DNA of 64,000 nucleotides from Aquificaceae bacterium. GTDB lineage: Bacteria; Aquificota; Aquificia; Aquificales; Aquificaceae. Positions 1 through 9,671 of the stretch are shown here, piece by piece (the first letter of the stretch is position 1; every line of letters starts with the position of its first letter). Both the position numbers and the translations under genes were made by a program. The notes beneath the pieces are model-generated. The model ran no database searches, was not told the DNA's origin, and worked only from the letters and a program-made list of their open reading frames with translations. The DNA is taken from NCBI GenBank assembly GCA_037925075.1, contig JAXSNR010000001.1, positions 64,001 through 128,000 on the forward strand, written 5' to 3'.

Positions 1-1341
1 TATGCCAAGGTGCTTGGCTATTTCTTCTGCGGTGGGTTCCCTGCCAAGCTCCTGAAAGAGCTTTTTGTGAGCTTTGGTGATATCGTTTATGGTTTCTATC
101 ATATGTACAGGTATGCGTATGGTTCTTGCCTGATCCGCTATCGCCCTTGTTATCGCCTGACGTATCCACCATGTGGCATAGGTGGAAAACTTGTAGCCCT
201 TTCTGTAGTCGTATTTGTCCACCGCCTTCATAAGCCCTATGTTGCCCTCTTGTATAAGGTCAAGGAAGTGAAGACCTCTATTTACATACTTTTTGGCTAT
301 GGAAACCACAAGCCTTAGGTTGCACTTGACCATAACCTGCTTTGCCTGTGTTACCTTTGTCCTTCCCTCTCTTATTATGTGCATAACTCTTTGAAGCTCT
401 TCGGGAAGTATGCCCATCTCACGTTTTAGGTCTTCTATTTCCTTTTTGAGTGTAAGATACTCATCTCTAAGCATTTGAAACCTTGCAAAGCCATAGCCTG
501 CCCTTTCTGCCTTTTTCTGTAAGGTGGTGTCTTGGTGGTATTTTTGTATAAGCTCCTCTATGTTTGGGTGGATGCTTTCCAGTTTCTTTTTCCTTACTTC
601 AAATTCTTTGAGCTTCTTTGTGTATTTGTTGTAAAGGTTCAAAAGTTCATCCGCAATTCTTTCGAACTTAGAGTGTTTTAGCTTCATGTCTTTTAGAATT
701 CTGTTCATTTTTGCATGTCTTCTGAGATATTCCTTTTTGTACTCTGGCGTTGCGTATAAAAGGTAAGCGTCCCTCCAGTAGATGGCTTCTTTGTATGCCT
801 TTGCCAGGTCAAGTCCTTTTTCTATAAAGTACCTTTCTAAATGCTCGTGGCTTTCTTCGTACTCCTCAAGGGTTTTACTTTCATCCACCGTATCCATAAG
901 ATCACTAGCTTTTAGCTTGCCGTTGCATACCTCCCCCCAGTCTCTAAGCACTCTGTCTATAAGAAAAGAAGTCCTCAAAAGCCCTCTTCTCATTATCTTT
1001 CTTCCTATCTCTATCTGTCTTGCGTACATTATCTCCTCTTCCCTTTTGAGAAGCGGTATCTTGCCCATGTCTTTCAGATATAGCCTTACAGGGTCTCCGT
1101 CTTTACCAGTAAGAAGTAGGCTTTCGGTGGATACGGTAAAGGCATCCTCCTTTTCTACTTCCTCTGTTGCTTCTTCCGTTTCTACTATCTTTACACCTCT
1201 CTCCTGAAGAAAGTCCATTATCTCTTCGTAAAGCTCCGTATCCACAAGCTCCGGACCAAGAAGCTCATTAATTTCATCATAGGTCACATAGCCCTTTTCA
1301 CTGACCTCAATCAGCTTTTTCATAAGCTGTTTGTAGAGCAT
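1..1341 (-). CDS. rpoD: RNA polymerase primary sigma-70 factor (3' end runs off window)
   Basis: Not in ORF track; manual translation from ATG 1341 (GGAGG upstream): [10 protein letters not shown]...[16 protein letters not shown] (region 1.2)...[74 protein letters not shown] (region 2). Confidence 0.97.
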   Translation of the reverse strand, partial: MLYKQLMKKLIEVSEKGYVTYDEINELLGPELVDTELYEEIMDFLQERGVKIVETEEATEEVEKEDAFTVSTESLLLTGKDGDPVRLYLKDMGKIPLLKREEEIMYARQIEIGRKIMRRGLLRTSFLIDRVLRDWGEVCNGKLKASDLMDTVDESKTLEEYEESHEHLERYFIEKGLDLAKAYKEAIYWRDAYLLYATPEYKKEYLRRHAKMNRILKDMKLKHSKFERIADELLNLYNKYTKKLKEFEVRKKKLESIHPNIEELIQKYHQDTTLQKKAERAGYGFARFQMLRDEYLTLKKEIEDLKREMGILPEELQRVMHIIREGRTKVTQAKQVMVKCNLRLVVSIAKKYVNRGLHFLDLIQEGNIGLMKAVDKYDYRKGYKFSTYATWWIRQAITRAIADQARTIRIPVHMIETINDITKAHKKLFQELGREPTAEEIAKHLGI

Positions 1342-1387
1342 CTAAAACCTCCTGTCGCAGGGTACTTTTATCTCCATAACTTTGTAA

Positions 1388-1416
1388 AATATACTCATAC
1401 CTTTTGGGTCTGGCAA
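1388..1416 (-). promoter_or_regulatory. Putative sigma-70 promoter of rpoD
   Basis: Minus strand TTGCCA-17 nt-TATATT upstream of the rpoD RBS. Confidence 0.6.
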
Positions 1417-1445
1417 CTCAGATTGGGGTATAAGGTTATGGCAAC

Positions 1446-4400
1446 CTAAGACCTTTGGGCTTCTTCTATTATTTTTATTTCTTCCTTTGTTAGACCATAG
1501 AGCCTATAAACCAGCTCATCTATTTCCCTTTCCCACTCGGTGGTGTCCGCCTCTGGGTTTTGCTTTTTGGTGGTGATGATTTTATCCACTAAGGCGGATA
1601 TGTGGTCTGCTATGTGCTGGTTTTCGGGGGTGATGGGGGGTAGGGGAAGATTTATTAAAAACGCTTTTTTATATCTGTATCCTTCCTCTCCTAATCCACC
1701 ACCAGAATACCACTTTTTAAAAAAGTAAGCTACAGGCATGGAATTTAGCAATCCGCAAAGGTATTTAACATTCTTACCTGTCATTAAAAACGCCGTGGCT
1801 TCAACATAAAATTTTTCAGTATCATAATAAAATTGTGGTTTATGAACAATCTCCGAATACATCACCTTCTCCTTTTCAAACTCGTGGTAGTAAGCAATTT
1901 GGTCTTGCGTCTCAAACCATTTATTACCTGTCTTTTTTCGTGCATTGAAGCCAAGTTTTGGATATTTCTTTCCAGATTGTTCTAATTGGCGTATGTCAAA
2001 ATTGCTTAAAAAGTATTCTTTCAAAGCGGGGTAATCTTCAATGTCCAAATGCAAAGCTGGGAATGTCCCTATTATCCACAGCCCCGCCCACTCGTAATAA
2101 TACCTTTTAATATCCCTGCCCCTTAGGATTGGCTTGATAATAGCGGATGTGCGTTTTCTTTCTTCTTCATCCCTGCAATTCGCCAGTATTTCATTTCGCT
2201 TTTCTGTGGTGATTATAAAAGCTTCGTTCAAGCCTGTTAGTATGCCACGATAAATCTTCACATCCCACTCCTTTAAAGGCTTGCCCATTTGCTCTATCTT
2301 CTCTTTTAGCCTTTGCTCTGCGGTAGAACCTATAAACCATGGACCTTTATCCAGCTTTTCAAGGATTAAATACCAAGCTATTCTCGTTAGGTTTAGCATC
2401 ATTTCAGTAATTACCTTCTCTTTTGGTATTGAAAGCTCTCCTCTTATGTTTAGCCCTCTTTCAAGAACTATAGGTTCCTTAAGGGTCAAAGCCTTTAGGT
2501 TAAACTTGTCCGCCTTTGCCTTTTGGATTGTAAGGATGTTAGTATCCACCGTGCTACTTTCAAAAACACCGGGTCCTAAATCAATGAGTAAAACAGGGTT
2601 GTATTTGGTAAAGAATTCCCTTAGCTTTTCACCATAGCCTGCACGCATCCACTTGTTGGAAGTTATAAAGCAAAGGTATCCATTGGGTTTTAGTATCTTT
2701 ATGCCCTGCTCGTAGAAAAGCACATACACATCACCTCTTCTGTCAAAGGTTTCATATCCCTGATCCTTGTACCTCTTAGCAAGCTTGCCACCATCCTTTT
2801 GAAGTTGAACATACGGCGGATTTCCTATCACAATATCAAATCCATCCTCCACTCCAAACATCCACTCAGGGTCAAACCAGTCCGCTCTATCAAGCTGGTC
2901 AAAGATATCAAAGCGCACTATTTTTTCCACATCTTCACTTTTCCAACCAAGCTTGGTTAATATTTCCTTCATTTCCTCCCTTATCCTTCTGGCTTCCTTC
3001 TGGATTTTCTTTTTCTCTTCCCTTTCCCTTATGGAAAAGTGCTTTTTATAAAGCTCCTTTAACTTCTCCTTCAGCCCTGATAAAGCCTGATCTCCAAAAT
3101 TCAGTTGTTTGTTATTTTCAATCCCTATCAGAAAATCCGCACACACAAAGTTTGTCTCCAAGTGTGGAAGTGGCATTATGCCATAGTTTTCCGCCTGTGG
3201 GTCTATCTTCTGGTCTATAAGAAGAGATAGGAAAAACCTTAGCTTGCATATCTGCACCGCTATGTTTTGTATATCCACTCCATATATTGAGTTTTGTATT
3301 AGGTAAAGCTTTCTTGCGTAGTCTGGATATTTAGTTTTTTCGCTAAAGTTTTCGCTTAGCTCCTTTAACAGCTCTCTTCTTTCTTGTTCATCTTTTGTTC
3401 TATTAAAAATCTCCTCCACTTCTTTTAATGCCTTTCTCCTCTGAATGTATTTCCATTTTGTGTTGTCCTTGTCAATCCTACTTAAAAGATGTACAAGCTT
3501 GTGAAGAACGCCCATAGGAAAGGCACCGGAGCCTACCGCAGGGTCTAAGATTTTAAGCTGGTCAATAACGAATATAAGTGTGTCCTTTTCTTCTTCGGTA
3601 AGCTGGACTTCTTCCTCTGAATAGGATAGCAATTTTCTTAGTTTTTCCTCTTCTATTGTTGTGTGGGTTTTGAAGTATTGCACAAGGACTTCTTCAGCCA
3701 TAAAATCCACTACTTCCTTGGGAGTGTAGTAGGAGCCTGTTTGCTTTCTTGCGGTTGTCTTTGTCTCTTCATTATACACCGCAAGAAGATTTTCAAAGAT
3801 GTGTCCCAAAAGCTCTGGGTCAAGGGATACTTCCACATCCACAGGCGATGACTCGTCGGCGGTAAAGTTGTAGTCTTTTAGGATGTTTATAAGTCCTCTA
3901 ACTCTTTCAACCTTTTTCTCTCCATAAAAGTGGGATAGGTCTTCGTATCTTTCTGATGAGAAAAACAGATAGTCAGGGATTTTTGCCCTCTTGCTTTCGT
4001 TTCTTGAAAAACCATCCACATAATTTTTATCGTCATCAAGGCACTCAAACAAGCCACCGTTTATAAAGGGAACCTTTTCAAAAAGCCTTATGAACTCTTC
4101 CTTTGGGATTTTCAAAAACTTTTCGTATCTAAAAAGGCTCTTAACACCAAACTCCTTTATATTGGCTGGATAGCCCTTATCTTCCGCAAATTTCCTGTCC
4201 TTTATAGGTCTGTTTAGGGTTGCAAAAAACAGGTTTTGGAGAATTACATTGTAGTAATGGTCTTTTTCCCCAAAGTCTTTTACTATCTCCCTTAGGCTCA
4301 TTTCATCAAAAATTTCCTGTGGGACGAGCGACTTTTCCTTCAAAAACCATACAAAAATAAGCCTTGTTAAAAGCCTTATAAGGTTTTCTTCCTTAGTCCC

Positions 4401-4988
4401 TCCGGGAAAATACGCATTTTCCTTCAAAGCCCATGCGTACCAGTTTTGGATTTCCTTGTAAAACTCCTTTATGAGTGGCTTTACAGAAAAGGCTTGCTTT
4501 ATGCTCTCAAGGTCCTTTAGCTCAATCTCCATCAAAGCCTTTTTGAAAGTGCGGTAAGGCTTTCCCCTTTGCACATAGTAGGTATATCTCTTGTAATGGT
4601 TATACTTTTTCTTTGTGCCTTTATATTCCGCATAGACAAGTGAAAATCTAAAGTTTTTATTCTCATCATAAAACACAAAAAAGCCCGCATCAAAAAACTC
4701 AGAAGACAAAAGATATTTTGCTAATTGAAATTGCTTTACTTTGCTTGTCCTTTCTGTAAGCTCACCAGCATATTTTATGGTAAAAACACAAAAATCAGTA
4801 TCATCTTCTAACTTAACCTTACCAATAAGGGTTATCTCTCCAAACTCCTTAAACTTATCTTTATCTTCAAGCTCATATTTTTCATCAAAAAGCTCAAAGT
4901 TTTTGTTTTTTATACTTATAAAATCCCGTAAGGTTTCGGGTGAAAAGTTTTCAATTAGCTCATCAATCTTATTGTCCACCTCGCCCAT
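1446..4988 (-). CDS. Type IIG-like (Eco57I/TaqI-C family) N6-adenine DNA methyltransferase / restriction-modification protein
   Basis: 1180 aa; GSYYTP, motif I ILDPAVGSGAF, motif IV IGNPPY, C-terminal TaqI-like target recognition region ending EIDELVYRLYGLTKEEI. Confidence 0.9.
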   Translation of the reverse strand: MGEVDNKIDELIENFSPETLRDFISIKNKNFELFDEKYELEDKDKFKEFGEITLIGKVKLEDDTDFCVFTIKYAGELTERTSKVKQFQLAKYLLSSEFFDAGFFVFYDENKNFRFSLVYAEYKGTKKKYNHYKRYTYYVQRGKPYRTFKKALMEIELKDLESIKQAFSVKPLIKEFYKEIQNWYAWALKENAYFPGGTKEENLIRLLTRLIFVWFLKEKSLVPQEIFDEMSLREIVKDFGEKDHYYNVILQNLFFATLNRPIKDRKFAEDKGYPANIKEFGVKSLFRYEKFLKIPKEEFIRLFEKVPFINGGLFECLDDDKNYVDGFSRNESKRAKIPDYLFFSSERYEDLSHFYGEKKVERVRGLINILKDYNFTADESSPVDVEVSLDPELLGHIFENLLAVYNEETKTTARKQTGSYYTPKEVVDFMAEEVLVQYFKTHTTIEEEKLRKLLSYSEEEVQLTEEEKDTLIFVIDQLKILDPAVGSGAFPMGVLHKLVHLLSRIDKDNTKWKYIQRRKALKEVEEIFNRTKDEQERRELLKELSENFSEKTKYPDYARKLYLIQNSIYGVDIQNIAVQICKLRFFLSLLIDQKIDPQAENYGIMPLPHLETNFVCADFLIGIENNKQLNFGDQALSGLKEKLKELYKKHFSIREREEKKKIQKEARRIREEMKEILTKLGWKSEDVEKIVRFDIFDQLDRADWFDPEWMFGVEDGFDIVIGNPPYVQLQKDGGKLAKRYKDQGYETFDRRGDVYVLFYEQGIKILKPNGYLCFITSNKWMRAGYGEKLREFFTKYNPVLLIDLGPGVFESSTVDTNILTIQKAKADKFNLKALTLKEPIVLERGLNIRGELSIPKEKVITEMMLNLTRIAWYLILEKLDKGPWFIGSTAEQRLKEKIEQMGKPLKEWDVKIYRGILTGLNEAFIITTEKRNEILANCRDEEERKRTSAIIKPILRGRDIKRYYYEWAGLWIIGTFPALHLDIEDYPALKEYFLSNFDIRQLEQSGKKYPKLGFNARKKTGNKWFETQDQIAYYHEFEKEKVMYSEIVHKPQFYYDTEKFYVEATAFLMTGKNVKYLCGLLNSMPVAYFFKKWYSGGGLGEEGYRYKKAFLINLPLPPITPENQHIADHISALVDKIITTKKQNPEADTTEWEREIDELVYRLYGLTKEEIKIIEEAQRS

Positions 4989-4991
4989 CTT

Positions 4992-7900
4992 CTACTCCCT
5001 TCGGTTTTCTATTGCTATTATAACCTCTTCTTCAAGTTCCTTTTTTGATTTTACCTTTTCAAGAAAGTCATCCCCCAGCTTTTCCTTAAGGCTATTTATC
5101 TTTTCTTTCAAAGAGTTTATATTACCTTTTTTGTAATCTTCCTCCCAATCAACTATAACAGACAAAGCGTATTCTGATAGCGTGCCATAGTCTTTTATAT
5201 CCTCTATCAAAGCGGAAATAAAAGGTTCATATTCCTTTAGCCTTTCATCTTTCTTGAGACTTTTCAAAAGATTAAAAGCCCTCCTTTCTCTATCTTGCCC
5301 TGCCTTACCAATTTTCTTTGCTTTGTATTCTTTTCTATTAATATTCTCGTAGTCCTCCCAAGCCCTTTTGCTAAATTCAAGGGTTGGAGTATCCTTATCC
5401 GCCTTTATCTTCTCATATACATCTTCAAAGGAAACCACATAGGGCTTTTCGTCTTTATCGTAGTTTTTGTATAAAACAAACAAGTCTTTACCTCTTTTTA
5501 TAAACACGCATAGCTCCTCTTCCGTGCTGGGCTTTGCGGTCTTAACTCTGTTTGGTATGTCCTCTATTGCTTCTTCAATTTCCGGTGATTGCTCCTTAAT
5601 CCTTTCGTATTCTTTCCTTATCTTTGTAAAAAAGCTTTCCTCCTCTTCTGGCAAGGTGGTTAGCCTTCTGTAAAGCTCGGACGGCTGGGGCTTTTCATCG
5701 GGATGGAAGATTTTGGCATCCTCTCCCAGAACTTGATGTATCATAAACATCTTCTCTTGGGCTATCTCCCTTGACTTTACAATATCTGCCCCCTTTTCCG
5801 TGGGGAAGAAATGCACTATGTAGATTTTGTCATACACCTTTTTGCCTATCCTGTTAATCCTTCCCACTCTTTGAATAACTCTAACAGGGTTAAAGGGAAT
5901 GTCGTAGTTTATCACCACCCCAGCCCTGTTTAGGTTAAAGCCTTCTGAAAGCTTGTCTGTGGTCAAAAGAATTTGGTACTTGTCTTCTTGCTCCTTAGCT
6001 TGTGCATCAAAGTTTTTGTAAATGGCTTCTGAAACTTGTTTTGATAGGTTGCCATAGGCGGTAAGCAAAATATTCCCAAACCTTTCCCTTAATATACCTT
6101 CAAGATATTTTGCGGTATCCACATACTCCGTGAATATAACCACCTTTCTTTTTTCTCTTAGCCACTTTTCTATTTCCTCAATGAGCTTCTGAGCTTTTGG
6201 ATCGTTCTCATCAAGCCCATAAAATTCAAAACCTTGTATAAGCTCTTCAAAAAGCTCTTTGTCCTTTCTTAGGTCCTCCAAAAAGCCTTTGAGACTGCTA
6301 ATCTCATATACCTTGTGATATTTGCTGTCTTTTTTTAGCTCCTGTAGGGATTTTTTGTATTCATCCAAAAGCTCATTGACTCTGTCTTCGTCCTCCTCGC
6401 TTACTAACTCCTCCATCATATCCCTGTCAAGGATAAACTTTCCTGTTTTTTCCACAAACTCAAGGGCAAGCTCATGAACCTCTTTGAACCTCTTTATGCT
6501 CTCCTTAAAGGCACCAAAGCTACTTTCAAACCTTTTGACCAAAAGCCTCCTCATAAAGTGGTAAAGGCTTTGCTGGGATGTGTAGGTAAAGTCTTCTGTC
6601 TCTTCTTCTTTTCTATCTTCGTATCTGGCAGGGAAGTATAGGGCACCTCTGAAATCTCCCCCCTCATCATAGGGTAAAAAGGCGTCAATGACATCTTCGT
6701 AGAACTTAAGCTGATCTTTGGTAAGCTCAAAGAACACCTCTATTGGGTTTTCCACCTCTGGAAAATCTACCTTTTCTCCATAATACTTTAGGTCAAGGCG
6801 GTTTCTCCTTATGGTTACTGGCTCAATAATCTTCCTCATTCCGTCCGCTATCTTCTTTATTTCTCCTCTTACCTTTTTAAGCTCTTCCTCTCCTATTCCT
6901 CTCCTATCTTCCTTAAAAACTTCTTTGTAGTATTTTAGAACCTTTTCTCTTTTCTTCTCATCCTTTGAGTTTGCGTATCTTATGATGTAGGAAAGCTTGT
7001 TAAAGCTTCTTTGGTATTTTTCAAACACTTGGGAAAGGTCTTCATCATAAACAAGGCTGGACTTTTTAGGCACATCAAAAAGCTTCAAAAGGGCAAAAAT
7101 GTCCGATGGCTTGTTGTTAAAGGGCGTGGCGGTCAAAAGAATTACCTTTTTGCCCCTACATATCTCCCTAAGGTAGTGGTATCTTTGGGTAAGCTCGTTT
7201 CTAAACCTGTGGGCTTCATCCACGATTACCACTTCAAAATCCCCTCGTTCTTTCACCAGCTCCAAAGCAGTATCTAACTTGCCTATGGAAAAGACTTTCC
7301 AACCATAAAGCTCAAAGTCTTCTATATACTTCCGCCATCCATACTTTCCCATTTCGTCCCCCATAAGATGTGGCGGGCATATAACTATGCCTTTCTTACC
7401 AAGAAGATGGGCGGTAAGGCTCGCTATAACACTTTTGCCAAGCCCCACCACATCCGCTATTATGACGCCGTTGTGGTATTCACAATTCTGAACTGCCTGT
7501 GCCACCGCTTCTATCTGATAGGCATAGGGCTTGTAGCCAATTTCTTCCATAAAAGTCCTTATGTCCTTTTCAAGCTTGCCTTCTTGTAGCTGTATGTATG
7601 TCCTTAGCAAATACGCATAGGCTTGAAAAGGTGTAATGTCGCTAAAGATGGTTTGCCTTTTAATTACCTCTATTACATGTGATTTATCAATCTCAATGGC
7701 GTCCTTCCAACGCTCATCAAAATACTTCTCTACTTCCACAAATCCATAATCCTTTATCTCTACATTGAACTCCTCTTGGGACTCAAGCCCAAACTTTGTT
7801 AGATTGCTACTTCCTGTAATAAAAAAGCCTTCTCCACCAAGCAAATCTCTATAATCTTCCTTCACCTTAAAGATGTATAGCTTTGCATGGTTTGGCTTTT

Positions 7901-8270
7901 TTGTCTTTTTCAGGATTAGTTTATTCTCCTCTACAAGCTTTATGAAAAACTCAACTTGCTCGTACGCTTCCTTACTATCAAACTCCGCGGAAGTGAAAGC
8001 TGTCCGTAGGGAATGATAAAAGTCTTCCGCTCCCGCCTTAGGCACCTCATAAAGCCCATAGGCAGACCTATCCACTCCAAGCCCCACCAAAACCTTTATA
8101 TGCCCATCTTTAAGCTTTCCCTTCTCATACAGATTTTTTAGCTCCTCGTAAAGCCCCCCGACACCAGAAAAATAGAAATATCCCACTAAAATTTTGATCT
8201 CCTTGCTGTACCTTATAAGTTTCCTTAACCTTTCCCCTAAGGTCTTCTCTCCCGAATTGGTAATAAACAT
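4992..8270 (-). CDS. PLD-nuclease / SNF2-like SF2 helicase fusion
   Basis: 1092 aa; N-terminal HAKLY...GSSNLT...EFN PLD motif; ADVVGLGKS, DEAH, TATP, SEGFNL, QRVGRINRIG helicase motifs. Confidence 0.88.
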   Translation of the reverse strand: MFITNSGEKTLGERLRKLIRYSKEIKILVGYFYFSGVGGLYEELKNLYEKGKLKDGHIKVLVGLGVDRSAYGLYEVPKAGAEDFYHSLRTAFTSAEFDSKEAYEQVEFFIKLVEENKLILKKTKKPNHAKLYIFKVKEDYRDLLGGEGFFITGSSNLTKFGLESQEEFNVEIKDYGFVEVEKYFDERWKDAIEIDKSHVIEVIKRQTIFSDITPFQAYAYLLRTYIQLQEGKLEKDIRTFMEEIGYKPYAYQIEAVAQAVQNCEYHNGVIIADVVGLGKSVIASLTAHLLGKKGIVICPPHLMGDEMGKYGWRKYIEDFELYGWKVFSIGKLDTALELVKERGDFEVVIVDEAHRFRNELTQRYHYLREICRGKKVILLTATPFNNKPSDIFALLKLFDVPKKSSLVYDEDLSQVFEKYQRSFNKLSYIIRYANSKDEKKREKVLKYYKEVFKEDRRGIGEEELKKVRGEIKKIADGMRKIIEPVTIRRNRLDLKYYGEKVDFPEVENPIEVFFELTKDQLKFYEDVIDAFLPYDEGGDFRGALYFPARYEDRKEEETEDFTYTSQQSLYHFMRRLLVKRFESSFGAFKESIKRFKEVHELALEFVEKTGKFILDRDMMEELVSEEDEDRVNELLDEYKKSLQELKKDSKYHKVYEISSLKGFLEDLRKDKELFEELIQGFEFYGLDENDPKAQKLIEEIEKWLREKRKVVIFTEYVDTAKYLEGILRERFGNILLTAYGNLSKQVSEAIYKNFDAQAKEQEDKYQILLTTDKLSEGFNLNRAGVVINYDIPFNPVRVIQRVGRINRIGKKVYDKIYIVHFFPTEKGADIVKSREIAQEKMFMIHQVLGEDAKIFHPDEKPQPSELYRRLTTLPEEEESFFTKIRKEYERIKEQSPEIEEAIEDIPNRVKTAKPSTEEELCVFIKRGKDLFVLYKNYDKDEKPYVVSFEDVYEKIKADKDTPTLEFSKRAWEDYENINRKEYKAKKIGKAGQDRERRAFNLLKSLKKDERLKEYEPFISALIEDIKDYGTLSEYALSVIVDWEEDYKKGNINSLKEKINSLKEKLGDDFLEKVKSKKELEEEVIIAIENRRE

Positions 8271-8285
8271 GCCAATTATTTTACT
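8256..8285. repeat. 30-bp direct repeat H, copy 1 (helicase start codon and upstream)
   Basis: attggtaataaacatgccaattattttact, identical to 9455-9484. Confidence 0.95.
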
Positions 8286-8313
8286 ATCCTGAATATATCC
8301 TCTAAGCTTCTTC
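8283..8313. repeat. 31-bp direct repeat N, copy 1 (duplicate of nitroreductase 3' end)
   Basis: actatcctgaatatatcctctaagcttcttc, 30/31 identical to 11859-11889. Confidence 0.95.
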
Positions 8314-8436
8314 CCAACTATAACATTTTGACTTCTTTAAAGAAATTTTTTCCGAAAGTTGAAGTTGCATCAAAGAAAACAAAAAACACTCATTAAAAAG
8401 TAGAAGCGGAAAAATCTTCGCAAATTTTACTTAAAC

Positions 8437-9249
8437 TTATTCTTTTTCTATGTCAATTAACCTTCTTACAAGTTCATCTTCATCGTCAATCTCTACCAAT
8501 CGCTTTTTATAAAGCCTCATAAGTGAATCAATTGAAACCACTTTTACAACTATGTCGTCTGATATTCGAAATCTCCTTGTATTTTCGTCTCTCTTAATTA
8601 TCCAAACATGTTTTGTATAATTTTTTATGCCCCATTCACTATCTTGTTCAAACCTGTAAGAATCACCCCTTAAACTATTTATATAGTTCTCTATCTGCTT
8701 TTCCTTTTCCTTCAGATCGCCAAGCGTAGCATCATAAATCACTACTAAATTTCCAATTCTAAAAATGCCATCAGCATGTCCCCTTTGCTTATAAAATTTT
8801 CTTATATTGTTAATCCCTAATAGTTTTAATACTACATGTACATCGTGTTCAAATTGTTCCCAATCATTTTCTGTTTTCAGGCTTTTAAAAAATGGAGGTA
8901 AGTAAGGATCTTCTTGAGGTACCTCTTCGTCTAATTCGTGTATATACCATCCACTCTTAGTTAACTTTAATAGTGGAATGCCCGGTGGGGGCGAATCTAA
9001 TTTAGCCTTAAGGTTAACATTAAAATATATTTTGTCACCAATAATTCTTACGTCAGAAATACGACCTTCGTATATATGCTCAATCTGGCGATTATCATTA
9101 ATCTTCACAAATAGCGTATCAAGTTGTTCACAGTCTTCTATGTTCACTTGTGGTGCAAGTGGCTTAGTGTAAAATGTTTTTGTGACATTATCCCAGTGAT
9201 AACGCCAAGTTGTCACCATGATGTTAATCTTCCTACCCATGTGTAACAT
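8437..9249 (-). CDS. Hypothetical protein with C-terminal Mrr-like PD-(D/E)XK endonuclease fold
   Basis: ORF track 8437..9372; start more likely ATG 9249 or 9240; WEQFEHDVHVVLKLLG...ADG...VIYDAT...QIENY resembles Mrr-type catalytic domains; AT-rich. Confidence 0.55.
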   Translation of the reverse strand: MLHMGRKINIMVTTWRYHWDNVTKTFYTKPLAPQVNIEDCEQLDTLFVKINDNRQIEHIYEGRISDVRIIGDKIYFNVNLKAKLDSPPPGIPLLKLTKSGWYIHELDEEVPQEDPYLPPFFKSLKTENDWEQFEHDVHVVLKLLGINNIRKFYKQRGHADGIFRIGNLVVIYDATLGDLKEKEKQIENYINSLRGDSYRFEQDSEWGIKNYTKHVWIIKRDENTRRFRISDDIVVKVVSIDSLMRLYKKRLVEIDDEDELVRRLIDIEKE

Positions 9250-9454
9250 CCTTTTACTTTTATGCCCCTTGCTTATATTATAGTTCAAAACAAGCTGATT
9301 GCCAATATAGTGGTGAAATTCCAAGAGAGTTCTCAAAACTAAGACTATTTTCCTTGTTTTTTCACAAGCCAAAGCCCTCGGCTACTTTCCACTTTAAGTT
9401 TCTTAAATCCCATATCCCTCCAATACCTCTCCACACCTCGGGGCTTTTTGCCAG

Positions 9455-9484
9455 ATTGGTAATAAACATGCCAATTATTTTACT
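9455..9484. repeat. 30-bp direct repeat H, copy 2 (orphan copy of helicase 5' end)
   Basis: Identical to 8256-8285; on the minus strand reads TAAAATaattggc-ATG TTT ATT ACC AAT (MFITN). Confidence 0.95.
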
Positions 9485-9671
9485 TCCTTGACAAGATTTT
9501 CAGTGCTATTTCTTTAACTTTCCCCCTTGTCGCCAAATCCCATGTAAATAGGAACTCTGCATAATGCAACGGTTGCGGACATACAAAATACAAGGCATAA
9601 TCAAGCCTTTAAATTAGTAAACGCAACCCCCAACCAAGCAGGTGCGTACTCTTATTCGAACTTTTTATAGC

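Noticed and set aside
10..1207. Plus-strand ORFs 10..318 and 782..1207
   Set aside because: Antisense shadows of rpoD.
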